Source: the human T2T-CHM13v2.0 reference genome, Homo sapiens
NCBI RefSeq assembly: GCF_009914755.1
Contig: NC_060926.1
DNA length: 64,000 bases
Direction: 5' to 3' (one strand)
This document shows, piece after piece, positions 12,721 to 27,161 of this stretch (position 1 is its first letter; each line of letters begins with the position of its first letter). The position numbers and the translations under genes are program-made. Under the pieces are notes generated by a model. That model was not told where the DNA came from. It saw nothing but the letters and a program-made list of their open reading frames with translations, and made no database searches.

Positions 12721-15700
12721 GTTAAGCTGGCGATGATGATAAAACTGAAACGAGATTTGGAATTCCCAGTGTCTGATCCAGGCTAGGCTGGAGGCATTGC
12801 CAGCGGTCCAAGGAAGAACCCCATTCAGTCTGTCTGCACGCATGATCAGTCATCTCAATTTGAAGTTACTTGTTCGTTAAATCACTCCACGTACGTGGCC
12901 ACGTACAGTACAGTTGAAATTTATTTTAATTATTGTCTTTATTTCTACTTTTTCATTGAAGGAACCACTTTTTGATATGGTCTATACAAGAATGCCTGGA
13001 CAGTGCGGGCCGTACAGATGATTAAGTCACTACACTAATGCTCAGTGAGAACTGACCCCAATAGAGGATTTAGGTCATGTAGCAACAGATGGCACATTCT
13101 CATCAAAACCTAGAGTGCCTCATCAACTGCCCCATGGAACACTGTGGAGGTTGCTGGAGATATTCCAAATGAATGCACATTACATGCTTCCATCTCCGTT
13201 TATCTCGCTGCAGTTGTAGGGTGATTAATCTGATAACATAATAGTGATTTAAAATATTTACTTTTACCGTGACATATCATTTATTCAATTGTACTTCAAA
13301 GCATCACCTGGATGCTCCCATGTTGCTGCCGTAATCATGCAAATGTAAACATTTGGATTGTGATTGGATGACCTAATTACTTTGACATTTGTCATTTATT
13401 TTTTAATTTTCCTTTCTTTTACAAAGGCACAGGAAATGCAGTACTTGCCAAAAAATCACTGCGTACATCCAAAGGGGAATTTATAATGTTTAATGACTTC
13501 AGATTTCCCTGCTGCTGAGTCCACATTCTCCACTGTCAGCAGCACAGCCAAGAAAGGAAATCACAGAAGAATCTTTGATGTCAAAGAAAAGCGACTTGAA
13601 TGGCAGGGAGGGAGATAATGGGTATCGGTTTCTTAGAAAAGACAGAGTGACATAAACTAGGACATAGAGGGTGGAAAGGAAGCCTGGCCTCATCTGGCAT
13701 GCCAGAACTCAATGTTTACTTTATAATAATGTCAAATAAGCATACCTGATATCAGACACCCTACAATTGTGTACTTTCTTTTTCCTGGGATATGTTTAGC
13801 TCCTTTACAAGAAGATGAAAGTGAACCAACTTTTATAGGAAAAAAATCTGAAAACCTAACAACCTGCCCCTTCAAAGAAACAATCAAAGTAACATTTTTG
13901 GTTCAATATATTTTCCCAAAGAAATCTGACAATATGATGCTTACACAGTTTTCTTGGCATTTTTTTCAATGTTCATTATTTGAATGATGCTGTTAAGAAG
14001 CCAACCAAGGAAACACACACAATTTATAAAACTTGCATAAAGGAAATGTGTGCTAATGTGACTTGAGAACTCCAGGAAGATCTGCTTCCTCTTAGAAAAC
14101 TGTACTGTGTTCTCTTTCATTCATGTGTTCAATTATTGAACTAACATTTGGGAAAATAGGTTAGTCTGGCTGGAGATGATGTTTTGTGGATCTCCTGCCC
14201 TCTCTCTCAAACTTCCTAGAGCCACCTTGGCTCTCTTCACACCACTGTTACCCTCTCTGCCTTCAGGGTGACTCAGACATCTTTGCTTACCTGGCAGCAG
14301 GCAACAGCCTCTGAGAAGGGAAATACTCACATTGGCAAGAAATGCCAATTGCTGTTGGGTAGAAAAAGAAGTTTCAAAAGCACAAAGGAAAACATTCATA
14401 AGAATTCCCACTGAAGCTCCCTGGGCCAAAGAACTTTGGTATATAACATTACAACACTGAGGAGAGACCTGATTTGCAGAAGGACCATCATGACTCCTAA
14501 GAACAAGCTAGATCAGGCTTTGTTTCCACTATGTTCCATTTCAAAGTTTCCTAGAAGATTATGATGTGGCAAAGTTTTTTCTGAAAAAATTCGGTGCAGT
14601 GATCTTGTAGTTTTTCTCATGTGAAGCAATATGCCCCCAAGGATGTCAGATGACAGAGGCATTATGGAAGTCTATCCCAAGAAGTTAATGACGAGGTGCT
14701 GCCACCCATTCCTAGAATACTTGCATTGACTCGTGAAAACCACAAACAGAGACTAAATCCTCCCCAGATGGTGGGGCTAGGAGAAGTTCTTTGGAACAGG
14801 CGAGTAGCCTTTCACCATCCCCAGAAGGGACCTCCATGAGGAGCATTTCAAGCATGACCTGGGAGGAGCTATTCAGGAGGAGGGGGATTGATTAGGATGT
14901 CCACAAAAACAGCCTGCTGCAAAGGGCAGGCCAAGGGTAGTTTCCTAAGGAAAACAGGAAGACTGTAACCAACAGGAGAGGGGAAGCAAGGGGAGAGCGG
15001 ATGCTCCCCACAAAGATGGTGCATTTTCTAGAACATCCTTTCCCCTCCTGGAAGACTCTCATCTGAGTGCTATACCTGAGTCCCACAGCCTTTCGAGCAG
15101 GTAGAAAGGGAGACCTCTCAGTTATGCAGAGGACAGGGCAAAGGGAGGCTATCTCCATAGCATCACTGTCCCAACAGCAAGCATGGCAAATCTCCAGGGT
15201 CCAGTGTCCTGCAAGACTGAACTCGAGGGGAGAGTGCCTGGAGAATTTGGTTTACACAAGAATGTCTAGGAGACATTACTGGAGGTCAACATCCCCTCCA
15301 AATTCCTCCACCTGTAGAGGAAGCAAGGCCGCAGCATGGATGATATGAGACAGAAAAGCTCTCCGCAAGAAGCCTGCCCCCAGCTCATATGCTCACACTT
15401 ACTGAATAGTCCTCACAGCTCTGTCTAAAGCTCTCACTTACTTTTGAGGAGATAAAAGCCATCAAAAGCCAGGAACTTAAAACATGTTTGAAGAGTCACC
15501 TTTACCATGTGGCCTCTTGGGGGTGTTTTGAAACCCTCAGTCAGCTCACTAATTTCAGAGAAAAAGGCCTGGGAATACACTGCATATTTCTTGTTAAGTG
15601 GAGTCAGTACCTGAGGACAAGAGGGAGGTGCTTCCTTCCCCCAAGAATTCGGACGGAGAGAAAATCCTGAGGCTTGGGGAAAGAGAGGGTCTAGAAATCA

Positions 15701-16129
15701 GGCCTCGGTCCTCCCGGGAACATCCATGGTGTCGTTCCTCAGGGGCTGTTTGTAATCTCAGCAACGCAGCAACAGAGATCGTGACCACAGTTACAAAGGC
15801 TGCTCTTGAGTCTCAAAGAAACTGTGAGGCAATGGAGAAGTCGACGGACCCGACGGCCTTTATCCAAGACTTTCCAAGAACGAGAGATGTTAAATAAGGC
15901 AGACACCAACACTGGGGCTACTCGTTAGCTGCTTTCTATTAAGAAGTGGAGACGGGTTTTCAGTGTTCATCATGTCCACCGAGATTTTTCCTGAATCCAT
16001 GTTCACTTCCCAACTTCCATATCACTCTCATTCCCAAGTCCACTAATCCTGAGAAGGAGGTTCCAGCTAGCAATCTCTAACAAGGAAATATCACTCATGA
16101 AAAAATTAACCAATTGCTATTCTGGTTTA

Positions 16130-16600
16130 TTTTATCCACTTATTCTAGCAATATTTGGAATCATTTCTTATATTCCAGGCACTGTGCTACTATTTGATGG
16201 TATCCAAATTTGAATAAGATACAACCCCATTTCTAAATGTCTCTAGCATTATAAAGACATTTAGAAAATGCTGTGGCACTGCAGTCATATGCTAGAAGAG
16301 CAGAGAAGAAAGCTACCTAACTCTATTGATTGGGTGGTGGTCTGGGCTGAGGTTGAATTCCTAGAGGAGGTTTTGTCTAGGCTGAGTCTTTAATGTACCT
16401 CATCTTTTAATAGGTAATAGATAGATGAATGGCAGAGGGAACATGAAAAAGCATAGAGGTGTGATTTAACATGGTATGTTTGAGAAACCTCAAGAATTTT
16501 GGTGTTGCTGAAGTGAAGAGTTTGAGGCAGTGAGTCTTGAGAAATAAGGATAGAAAAATTTATACAGGAGCCAGAAGTTTGAATACAAGAGCTTCTCAAA
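16130..16600 (-). mobile_element. L2 fragment
   Basis: 'tttatttatccacttattc...tattccaggcactgtgc' (L2 3' end, reversed) followed by purine-rich L2 body. Confidence 0.6.
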
Positions 16601-16639
16601 AAGGTTGTGTGAACCCCCCAGGGATGGAAGGTCTATGGT

Positions 16640-19600
16640 AGTAAGCCAGGGGGAAGAAATTAATGCACGGCCATTAGGAGTAGAATTTAAACTTTACTGA
16701 AAAACATAAAAGAATCCCTGAACAAATGACAGACCTGCATGTTTATGAAAGGGAATGCACAATGTCACAAATATGACATTTCTCCCCTAATCAATCCAAT
16801 GCAATTCTCACTTACAGTCCTGGTGGGCTTTTCTTTGTGAAACTTGAGAAACTGATTCTAAAATTCACTTTTGATGAAAAACTAAGAGAGAGGGTGTTAT
16901 GGGCTGAATTGCATTCCCTCGAATTTCCTATGTTGAAGTTCTAACCCCTAGTACCTCAGAATGTAACTGCATTTGGAGATAGGGTCTTTGCAGAAGTTAA
17001 GTTAAAATTGTGGTCATGATGGGGTGGGGCTAATCCAATATTAATGAATATTATAAGAAGAGGAATTCACAAACGGACACATACAGAGAGGAGATGATGT
17101 AAAGACACAGGGAGAAGGCCATCTACAAGCTAAGAAGAGAGGCCTGGAACAGATCCTACCCTCATGGCCCTCAGAAAAAAGCCAACCCAGCCAACACCTT
17201 GATCTTGAACTTCTAGCCTCCAAAAGTGTGAGAAAATAGATGTCTGCTGTTTAAAAATTTCTGTTATTTATGGCAGCCCTACTACAATAGGGTTTATAAT
17301 GGCAGCCCTAGCAAACTGATGCAGAGGGTCTTGTGCAATTGCTATTGTGAAACTATACAATTTAAACAGCCTAATATTAGCCCCATGATAGACAAACAGA
17401 CCAGTGCAACAGAATAGAACATCCAGAAACAGGCCCATTAGAAAAGTAAACATTTTAATCTGACAATACCAGTGCTCATACTCTCCAGGCACTTGGTATG
17501 TACCTTGGCAAAAACGGAAGATGTGCATGTCTTGTTACCCAACAATTCTCCCTTTGGATGCGTATTCTAGAAAAACTCTCATGTGAACAAAAGGTAATGT
17601 GTGTATGATGCTCATTCTAGTGCTGTCCAACAAACAACAATAAAAACCACCTAAATGCCCATCAATAGAAAAATTATAATATATTCACTTGATGGAATTG
17701 CTTTTCCAATCTGAAAAAAGTCTTTATTCATCTTTGTTTTTGAAAAATATTTTCACTGGGAACAGAATTCAAGATTGGCAATTTTTTTCTTTCAGTACTT
17801 TTAAAATGCAGCTCCAATGGCTTCTCACTTGCATTGTTTCTTCTGAGAAATCTGCTGTCACCCTTATCTTCCCTCCTCTTTATTTTGTCTGTCTTTTCCT
17901 TTTGTCTTTTTTGTATGACTGCTTTTAAGATGTTCTCTTAGTCATTGGTTTTAGCCAATTTGGTTAGTATGTGCTTTCGTGTAATTTTCTTCACATCTTC
18001 CTATACTTAAGGTTCTCTGTGCTTATTGGATCTATAGGTTTATAATGTTCATCAAACTTGGAAAATTTTGGCCATTATCTATATAAATATTTTTCCTGGC
18101 CCCTTCCCTTTGGTGATTCCAATTACATATATATTAAACACCTGACATGATTCACAGCTTATTGATGTTCTGGAGTTTTTTTTCTGTACTTTTCCCTCTT
18201 TGTTTCATTTTAGATAGTTTCTATTACTAGATCTTAAAATTTACCAAGCTTTTCTTCTGCAGTGTCTAATATGTTGCTAATCCTATAATTTATTTTTTGT
18301 CTCATACATTGTATTTTTTTCATCTCTAGGAGTTTGTCTTGTGTCATTTTTATATCTCCCATGCTTCTATTTAACTTTTTGAACATATAGAATACAGTTA
18401 TTATACTGATATTTTAATGTCCTTGTCTGCTAATTTTAACATTGGTGCCAGTTCTGGGTCAATTTTGATGGACTGACCTCTCCATTGAGGGTTATATTCT
18501 TCTGCTTCCCTGAATGCCTGGTGTTGGGTGCTGAAAGTTGCTGTAGTCCTTTCAATATTATTGAGCTTTATTCTGGGATGCAATTAAGTTACTGGAAATA
18601 GATTGATCCTTTTGAGTCTGGCTTTTAAGATTTTCTAGGTAGGACCATAACAATGCTGAGTCTATTTCTACTTATTCTCCACTGATTAAGGGAAGGCTCT
18701 CTGTGTATTCAAACCAAATGTCCTGTGAATCATGAAGTTCTTCAGTCTGGCTAATAGAAACAGGCACTGTTCTCAGGCCTTGGTCAGCTCCAGTTACTTC
18801 CAGTCTTTTTGAGTAGTTCCTTCCCCAAACTTGGGAGGTTTTCATGTGATCATAAGTACTCACTGGAACCCTCAGTGGTGACCCTCTGCACCCTCTGTAT
18901 GCCTCCTGGTCATTCTTCCTGTGCAGTACTCTCCTTGCTGGAATTCTGTCCTGTGAGCTCCTGCCTCTGGGATTTCTCTATACTCTCAGTTGTGTCTCTC
19001 CAACTCAGGGACTCCACTGAGCTCTGCCTGGGTTCCCCCTTCTCTGAACAGGAGCCTGGAAACACCATCAAGGAAGACAGACTGAGCAATTGGAGGCCTC
19101 ATTATTGTTCATTTGCTATCTCAGAGGGTTCACTGCCCTTCATTGTTTGATGTCCAGTGACTTGAAAACATTATATCACATATTTTGTCTGTGTTTTGAT
19201 TGTTTCAGGGTAGAAGGTAAATAAAATCCCCATCACTTCATTTTGTCTGGAAAAGCAAGTGCATTTGATAGAATATTGCAGCTTTCATAAGTGAACTAGA
19301 TTAATAATTAGGATTATATGCAGTAACACAGACCTTGACATTAAATATTGAGTAAAAATAATCCAATTTGAAGAAAAGTGTATTCTGTCTGAAACTGTTT
19401 ACATAATTTCAAAACATGCAAAGGTATCCTGTATACCAGTTTTATACAGAGAAACATAAACATATGTATGAGAAACACCTAAGCCAATGTAAGGGAGATG
19501 ATGCATCAGGAAAGAGAAAATTGGAGGAGAGGACTAGGGAATAATAAAATGGGGTTTGAACTTTATCTATAATGTCTTATTTAAAATAAAAACATCAAAC

Positions 19601-19710
19601 AAACATGTAAAAATGTTAGTATATTAGCATTACTTAGAGCTAATGGTTGACTAAAAGAATACTCACTATATATTTTTATGTCTCCCAATTATTTCTTAAT
19701 TTAAAATATC
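16640..19710. mobile_element. Old L1M LINE fragments in both orientations (ORF2/3'UTR pieces on +, a 5'/ORF1-region piece on - at ~17700-19260)
   Basis: 'gaaactgattctaaaattcac', 'gaccagtgcaacagaatagaa', 'aaatgcccatcaatagaa', and on the opposite strand 'ttcagtacttttaaaatg...tctgagaaatctgctgtc'. No intact ORF. Confidence 0.7.
16895..17323 (+). mobile_element. MLT1B-like MaLR solo LTR inserted in L1M
   Basis: TGTTATGGGCTGAATTG start, ...GCAGCCCTAGCAAACTGATGCA end; 5-bp TSD GAGGG. Confidence 0.85.
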
Positions 19711-20056
19711 TGTTATTTAGGTTATTAGCAGCTTCTACTGTGGAGAATAGATATTGAATTTGCCTTTCAGGCTCACCGCCCTGCTCACCATCCTTGCTCA
19801 TATTTGCATAATTAAACAGTTCACAGAGGTGTCTTCCTCGGGAAAAAGAAAACCCTCTTCTAAGAAGGAAATATCCAATAATATAATTCTAAGGAGTTAA
19901 ATTGTTGTGGGTGGTTATTGGAGATTTTTTTTTAAATGTAGGCAGAGTTCTAAATTCTCATCTGCAAAATAGAAAAATCTGTTTTGATAAATACTCATTT
20001 AGACTGACCTGTGCATATCTATTATTGCTCATTCTTGTGTTTTCAGGGAAATTAGT

Positions 20057-20057
<1 letters not shown>

Positions 20058-20087
<30 letters not shown>
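20058..20087. repeat. (GT)15 microsatellite
   Basis: Direct read. Confidence 0.9.
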
Positions 20088-20089
<2 letters not shown>

Positions 20090-21904
20090 ATGTGCACATT
20101 TTCTTGTTCAAGGATAACAGGAATAGAGAACCTCAAAGACTCAGGAGGATTTGTAGGCTCCACTCTCAGGGTGATATAAGAAGGAATTGAATTCCCTTGC
20201 TGTCCATTCTGTAATATTATTTAATATTAATTCACGAACACCCCAGTGCATGAATTGATGTTAGGGCTATTGCATGATTATCGTGGGGGGCTAGTCTACA
20301 CCCCTGTGAGAAGTGTCATGTTTCTCTTGATGAGAGTGAGTAGTCCCAGTGTCACATGTGACAGGAAGAGGACAATCTAGGGAGAAAAAGTAAGGAATTG
20401 CATAACTTTTTTGTAGGAGCTTTTGCCAGTCTGGTTTGGACTCAGAGGTAAACAGATGTTTTGAAAATTCACCAATGGAGTCCACAGGCTCCTGCCATGC
20501 GGAACAGGGAGAGGAAGCCTTCAGCAGGCGGGCTCTGAAGGTAACATATGCATTTCTTGTAATATTTTCCCCTTCCATTAACTCACAAATTTCCATACAA
20601 TTTTAAAACTACAGGCTGATCATTGCTATACTTTGGAGAATTAAGGGCAAGTGCATTCCACAGTCAAAGCAGGCCATGGAGGACACTGTGCACCCACGGC
20701 AGATCCCAGCTGGGCCCTGTAGAGCCATGTCCTCGGGAAAGTCACTGAGGCAGAGGCAGCAGAATGGCATGACCAGGAGACTCGACAGATGATCACAGAG
20801 CCCACTCCTGAACACACAGGGCAGCTGTCTCCGATACTTGTCAATGTTACTTGGAAATAATTTGAGAAGGGCTTTTTTTGACAATTAAATTATTAGGGAT
20901 CTCTCAGGACATTAACATCTCATTATTAACTGAAAATGTGGTTTCATTTTATAGTCATGGATTGATGAGGAGCAGATATGTGGATGCCCCTCTCTGGGAA
21001 GGAACAGGAGTCCAAGACTGAACGTTAGCCCAGCTCATTGCGCTGCAGCAGGACAGTGCAGCCTTTCTTGTTTCACACAAGCTGATCGGATGCACACTGC
21101 ACGGTGAAAACAGAGCCAGATGGATTCGCTCCCATCCCAACTCTTCCTTTTCTCCTCAAGAACCGTGACTAAACTTTTCTGATGACAATATTGGACTGCA
21201 GGTGAGGGATGGTGTCATTGTTTCACAGGCTTGCATCTTAGATATTTACAAAGAAGGAACTTTTGGCACTTTAATACTAATAACACATTATTTGTGCATG
21301 GCCTACGACAGATCCGTCTTTACAGGCAAAGGCAGTTGAGGAGAAAACAAGAGAGGAAATAGGCAAAGACAGTGTTTGACAGGCTGAAGGAAGAAGGATG
21401 AGGGGGCTCTGAGAACTGGAGAAATAAACAGCAAAGCCATTTTCAATCAAGGGCTATTCAGGGAAATAGCAGCCAAACTATGTATTTCAAATAGATGAAA
21501 TCTAATACAGGAAATTGCTTAAAAAGGTACTGGGCAAGTGGAATCTCTAAACAGGGGATAGCAGACAATGCGAAGACTAGCAAAGTGGGCAGCTGCTGCC
21601 ACCATCTCAGTGCTGGGCATGTACAGGGAGGAGCATCCTGGCAGCACCCGGGGATCCAGACCACCCAGTGGAAACTGCAACAGAGGCAGGAAAATTCAGA
21701 CAGAGTCAGAGCCATGGAGATACTCAGCTGTGGCTGGGGACTCCACAAGAAGAACAGAGAGGAGATGCAGCCTGGCTCTTCCTGGCCTCTGGCCCACCAG
21801 TCTCAACCAAATTCATTCCAGGATCTGAAGGGCAAGGGAGCTGAGAGGGGGCATCTCATGTGATGGTGATCAGAGTAGGGAAGGGCAGGGATCAATTCGA
21901 AGAG

Positions 21905-22085
21905 GGAGGTTGCCAGATCAAACACAAATGCCCAGTTACATTTGAATATCCGATAAACAATGAAAAAATTTTAGCATAACTATGCTTCATGCGATATTTG
22001 GTACTCAGTTATACAAATATTTATTCATTGTTTATCTGAAATTCAAATCGACCTGAGCACCCTGTGTGTTTATTTAAAAATCTGA
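21905..22085. mobile_element. MER53-like palindromic hAT MITE
   Basis: 'gttgccagat...cccagttacatttgaatatccgataaacaatgaa' mirrored by 'ttcattgtttatctgaaattcaaat'. Confidence 0.7.
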
Positions 22086-23514
22086 GTGCAAACGGAGATA
22101 GCTGGCACCTATGACAATAAATGCTGAAGGGGCCCCAGGATTCTCCCCGGCCCAGAGGGTTACACCCATGAAGGAAAGGGAATTTTGCAAAAGACTAAAG
22201 GTTCATTGCAGGAAAAAAATGAAAATTAGGGGAGAGAGATGGCTGAGGAGTTAACAGATCAAAGTCTTCAAAATACCTTACAGGAAAGATCAAGGACAAA
22301 AGGATTCCCACGGATGCTGGAAAAGGAAGCCTGGGGCTAGGGGATGGGATTGTGGGTTTGCACTCAAGGATCCTGATAATGAGTCATGTCACTGATTGAA
22401 GCCTGAAACCAATTAGAGTCAAAATTATGCTTGGCCTCAAAATTAAAAATATAAGGCATGATTTTTGAAGGATGAGAAAGCACAAGCTTTTATTGGGGTC
22501 TCTCATCACCTTGCTGTGCTGTGGTGGGAATTGGCACATAAAACAGGAAGGAATTGGAGAAAAAACCATCACCCTCTGGATCCCAGGAGATTCTCAGGAG
22601 TTTGGATGAGTGACGAGTGCTGTCATCTGCTCTCGGGGAAGGACATTGTGGGGAGATAGTTGCTAACCTGGGGGTATTGGATTATCAATGGAACTGCTGG
22701 CATGTGGGGCTTTCTTAGGGCATATCATACCCTCCTTAAACACACACACACATACACACACTGGAGGCAGAAAAGGTAACTTGGAAATGACTCACACTGT
22801 CTGCCCAACCTGAGCAGATAGTATACCTCTCACTAGGGAGCAGTTGTAGCACCTCAGTTCTCAACCCTCTCTCTACCATCAATAACCAACACCTTAAAGC
22901 AAAGAGGGCCTTGAACACACTTATAACAGTTATTGAGGACTGATTCATTTTGACAGCAACTGAGGCAGGACCGGTGGAAAAACTGTTGTATCAGTATTCA
23001 GGAGTGAACTATTTCTGCATGAAAGAGGTACTTCTAGTACCTCTTGGTTTTCCGTTACAAACGCATACATGTTGAATGAACAAGAGCAGGCATGGTTAAC
23101 TCCAAGAGAGTTATCTGCTCTGCCAGAAAGCTTTCTTGTCTACCCCAATTTTCATATAAAAATTCAAATTGTGCAAGAAGTTTAATGACCCGAAAGCAAT
23201 ATGGGGAAGTTACCCACAGCATCAGAGGTCAAAAATGGTTGCTGCCCTCAGAGGTCATGTAATCTAAAGTGAGACAGGTCTTCAGTAAAGTGAGTTAGGA
23301 GCTGATGGAGCAGTGAGTGGGAAAGCTGAGCTTGTCGTAGGACCTATGCAATTTAAGGTAGCAGTTCTGGGACAAAGAACTTTAGGAATTGAACCTCCCA
23401 GATTTGGATACCTCTTTCTAACTCCAAACTCTCTTGGGGAAACAACTCCACAGGCTGACAGTTCTGCAAGGCGTCTTCCTGACACTTCCTGTTTGTTGGT
23501 ATCATATTCAAGTG

Positions 23515-23538
23515 CTGCTGCTGCTGCTGCTGCTGCTG
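23515..23538. repeat. (CTG)8 trinucleotide repeat
   Basis: Direct read; it produces the poly-Ala stretches in two spurious ORFs. Confidence 0.9.
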
Positions 23539-23589
23539 TTACTTTACAATCTTTGGAAACAAAATACATGTAGATTCTGAATCCACATG

Positions 23590-24080
23590 CTCAATGTGGC
23601 AGCCACTAACCACCCGTGACTACTGAGTATTTAAAGTGTGACTAGTGCAACTGAGAAACTAAATTTTTAATTTTTATTTTACTTTAATTGTAAATTAAAA
23701 CTGGGACTTGATTCAGTTATTGGAAAACTTTGAAGTATCTTTGGAGACACTTAGGTGTGTGAATCTGAGTTTTTAACTGCAAAGCTTATGAAATTTAAAT
23801 ACAGATCAAGTAGTTCTGATGAAAATTTAGCATCTGCCTTGAGATGTAAAATAAGTAGAAAATACACACTAAAGATTTGGTACGAAAACTATAAAAGATC
23901 ATTAATAAGCTCATCATGTAATTGGTAACATGACAAAATGATAACATTTTGGATATATTGGGTTAAATAAGTTATAGTATTTAAATAAATTTTGCCTGTT
24001 TTATATTTTCTGTTTTGAATACAGCTAATGGAAAACTCAAAGTTACTATGTGACTTACATTACATTTCTGTTGGACGGAA
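23590..24080. mobile_element. hAT-Charlie DNA transposon remnant (Charlie1/MER3/MER33 group)
   Basis: 'gtggcagccactaaccac...tgactagtgcaactgagaaactaaattttta' and 'tatgtgacttacattacatttctgttggac' ends. Confidence 0.7.
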
Positions 24081-26453
24081 CTCTTCTGAATTCCCATATC
24101 TTCATATGCTCTGTATCTCTATGAGCTTAAATGTATAGAGGCCCTGCTCTCTACCTCAGCCTTCTTCCCCCGTAATCTCCCTAGAACAGTCGGGTACAAG
24201 TCGGCTGAGAAAAAAGTGAGGCTAGAGATGGGGGTGGTGCGTGCAATCACAGTGGGGATATGAGGTGGATGAAGGGACGTGTTTTCTCAGCTAAACTTTT
24301 GTTCCCTTCACTCTCTCATTCCCGGTAGGAAGATCTTCAGTAACAAAGAGTAAAGAAAGGGAGACTTAGCAGGCAGGATGCAGCCTCATCATTATGAGAG
24401 AGCCATTGTGCGCATGAGAAATGTTTCGTTCACCCCAAGCGACTCACCTTGAAGACCCTGAAGGGCTAGAACATTTGCTTGACTTCTAGATCATTCCCCT
24501 GATGGTCCCAGGGGCGAATGGTCCCCTTCTCTGTGCTCTGTGAGAACCTCTGGCCCCCAATGGAAGGGAGCCTGGGAGCAATCCATGTATGAGAAACTCT
24601 GGAAGGAATGTGGGGACCAGAGAGAAGAGGTAGGAGGACAGGACACAAGGGACACCCAGGCGGTGGCCTGGTTCCGGCTGCATGTGGCGGGCTGGATGAG
24701 ACACGTATCTCAATGGTGTGCACCGTCTTCCAGCCTCTGTGTACGTCTGCGATTGTGCCTGTCTAGAAGCTAAGTTATTCTCTTCCTGTTGATGGATACA
24801 GTAAGTACAGCTCAGTGCTTTCATTAATGTTCTATAACTCTGACCCCTAAAATAGGAATTGAATTGACATTTTCCCCAGTTTTAGCCAAAAGACAGCTGT
24901 CCAGCAATATGAGGTAATGCTTTAGAATAAACTTGGCTGGGCGTTCCTAGCTTGGTTTATACAGTTTGATTCTCATGGCTTTTTGTGGAGGCCAACCCAT
25001 TGCCAATGTCCACTTTCACTTTTCCAGTAATAATGAAAGTGCCTGGAATATGTAAAGTGCACAAAAGACTGTCAAAATGAGACCAGGCCTCTAAGTAAGC
25101 CATACCATATCCATCCCATTAAGCTGCAAAATCATGAAGTGGGAAAACTGGTTCTTCTTATATAAGCCTGGGAGCACAGCAACTGTTGGAATGGCATGGA
25201 ATGAGGTGCACATGGCCAGCCAAGGCTTGCTTCTGCCAGACTTTTTCCCCTATGGTCAGAAAAGACAGGGGCCAAAAACCTTAGAGATGAATAATCCATT
25301 TTTTTAAAAATCCAGATCACTGGCAGGGAGATTACGTTATAGCCCCAAAGAGTAGTTAACAGATTAGGGTCTTTGCGTATAGAACCTCACGGAGTCATGT
25401 AACAGGACGGGAATGCATTCACTGGAGTTACATTCCAATGGGTCTGCTTAATACCTAGGTGTTGTGTGGTGTTGTGGGTCCTTGGACATGGCTTAATTAA
25501 CAGTGCTGGCAGTGGGGACGCCACATGCATCTGTGCTCAGCCTGGAGTACAACCTGGGAGAACCTGCCCAGCGTGTTTTCTGGCGCTGGGCAGCCTGCAG
25601 AGGGAGGGGGCTATTGGAGATTTGACAAGCAGAAGGGGATTGCTGCAAACCATGCTGGGGGCAGCACTGGTTGACCCCCGAGGTGGATAACATGAAGCCC
25701 AGCTCAGCCCCTACCCAGAGGGGCCAGCAAGGGCTGTGAACTCAGGCTGGCATATCCTGCCTCCCGGCACTCTCAACCCCATCCCTGGGAGATGTCAATT
25801 CCGGGGGCACTCAGTTCTGACTAGAGGACGAGCAGAGGGACAATAAGACCCCAGTCCCCAGTGGCTGGAGGCTCCCTCATAAACTTCATTGCAGCAGAGG
25901 CAGCAGCGTACAGAAGGAGCACAGACTCTCCACTCCCCCAGCGGTGCCGACCTGCAACCCCACAGATGAGAGGCAGGCACCTTGACATACTAGGAGAGCC
26001 AGACGCATGCGATGGTGCTCTTAAAATCTCTTGAAGGTACAAAACGACATGTGATCTTTTTGTAAGAAAATAGTGAAAAACAAAAATCATCTGTAATCCC
26101 ATCACACAGAGAGAACCACTGGTAAGAAGTTTTATGAAACATGACATTTTACTTTGTATTTACTGCTTTTCACCCGTTATTTTCATTTCAGAACATTATT
26201 CTATGCCATCGGGTATTTTTCAATATTACCTATTTAATAGAGGTATAGTGCTCATTTTCAGATATGCATAAATCCATCTCTCTATTGTTTGAGTTTGAAG
26301 CAGACTTCATATTAAATATATGCGTGTGTGTATATATGCATGTATATATGTATTTATCTTGATGTCAGCAGATTTCGTTGCTGAAAAGAATTCATTTTAT
26401 ATTATTTCCCATGATTTCTCTCTCCCATTGCATATGACTTTCCAAATGGTTGT

Positions 26454-27161
<708 letters not shown>

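Noticed and set aside
23282-23573. Poly-alanine ORFs on both strands
   Set aside because: Caused by the (CTG)8 repeat; no splice structure or recognisable domain, and the repeat is short.
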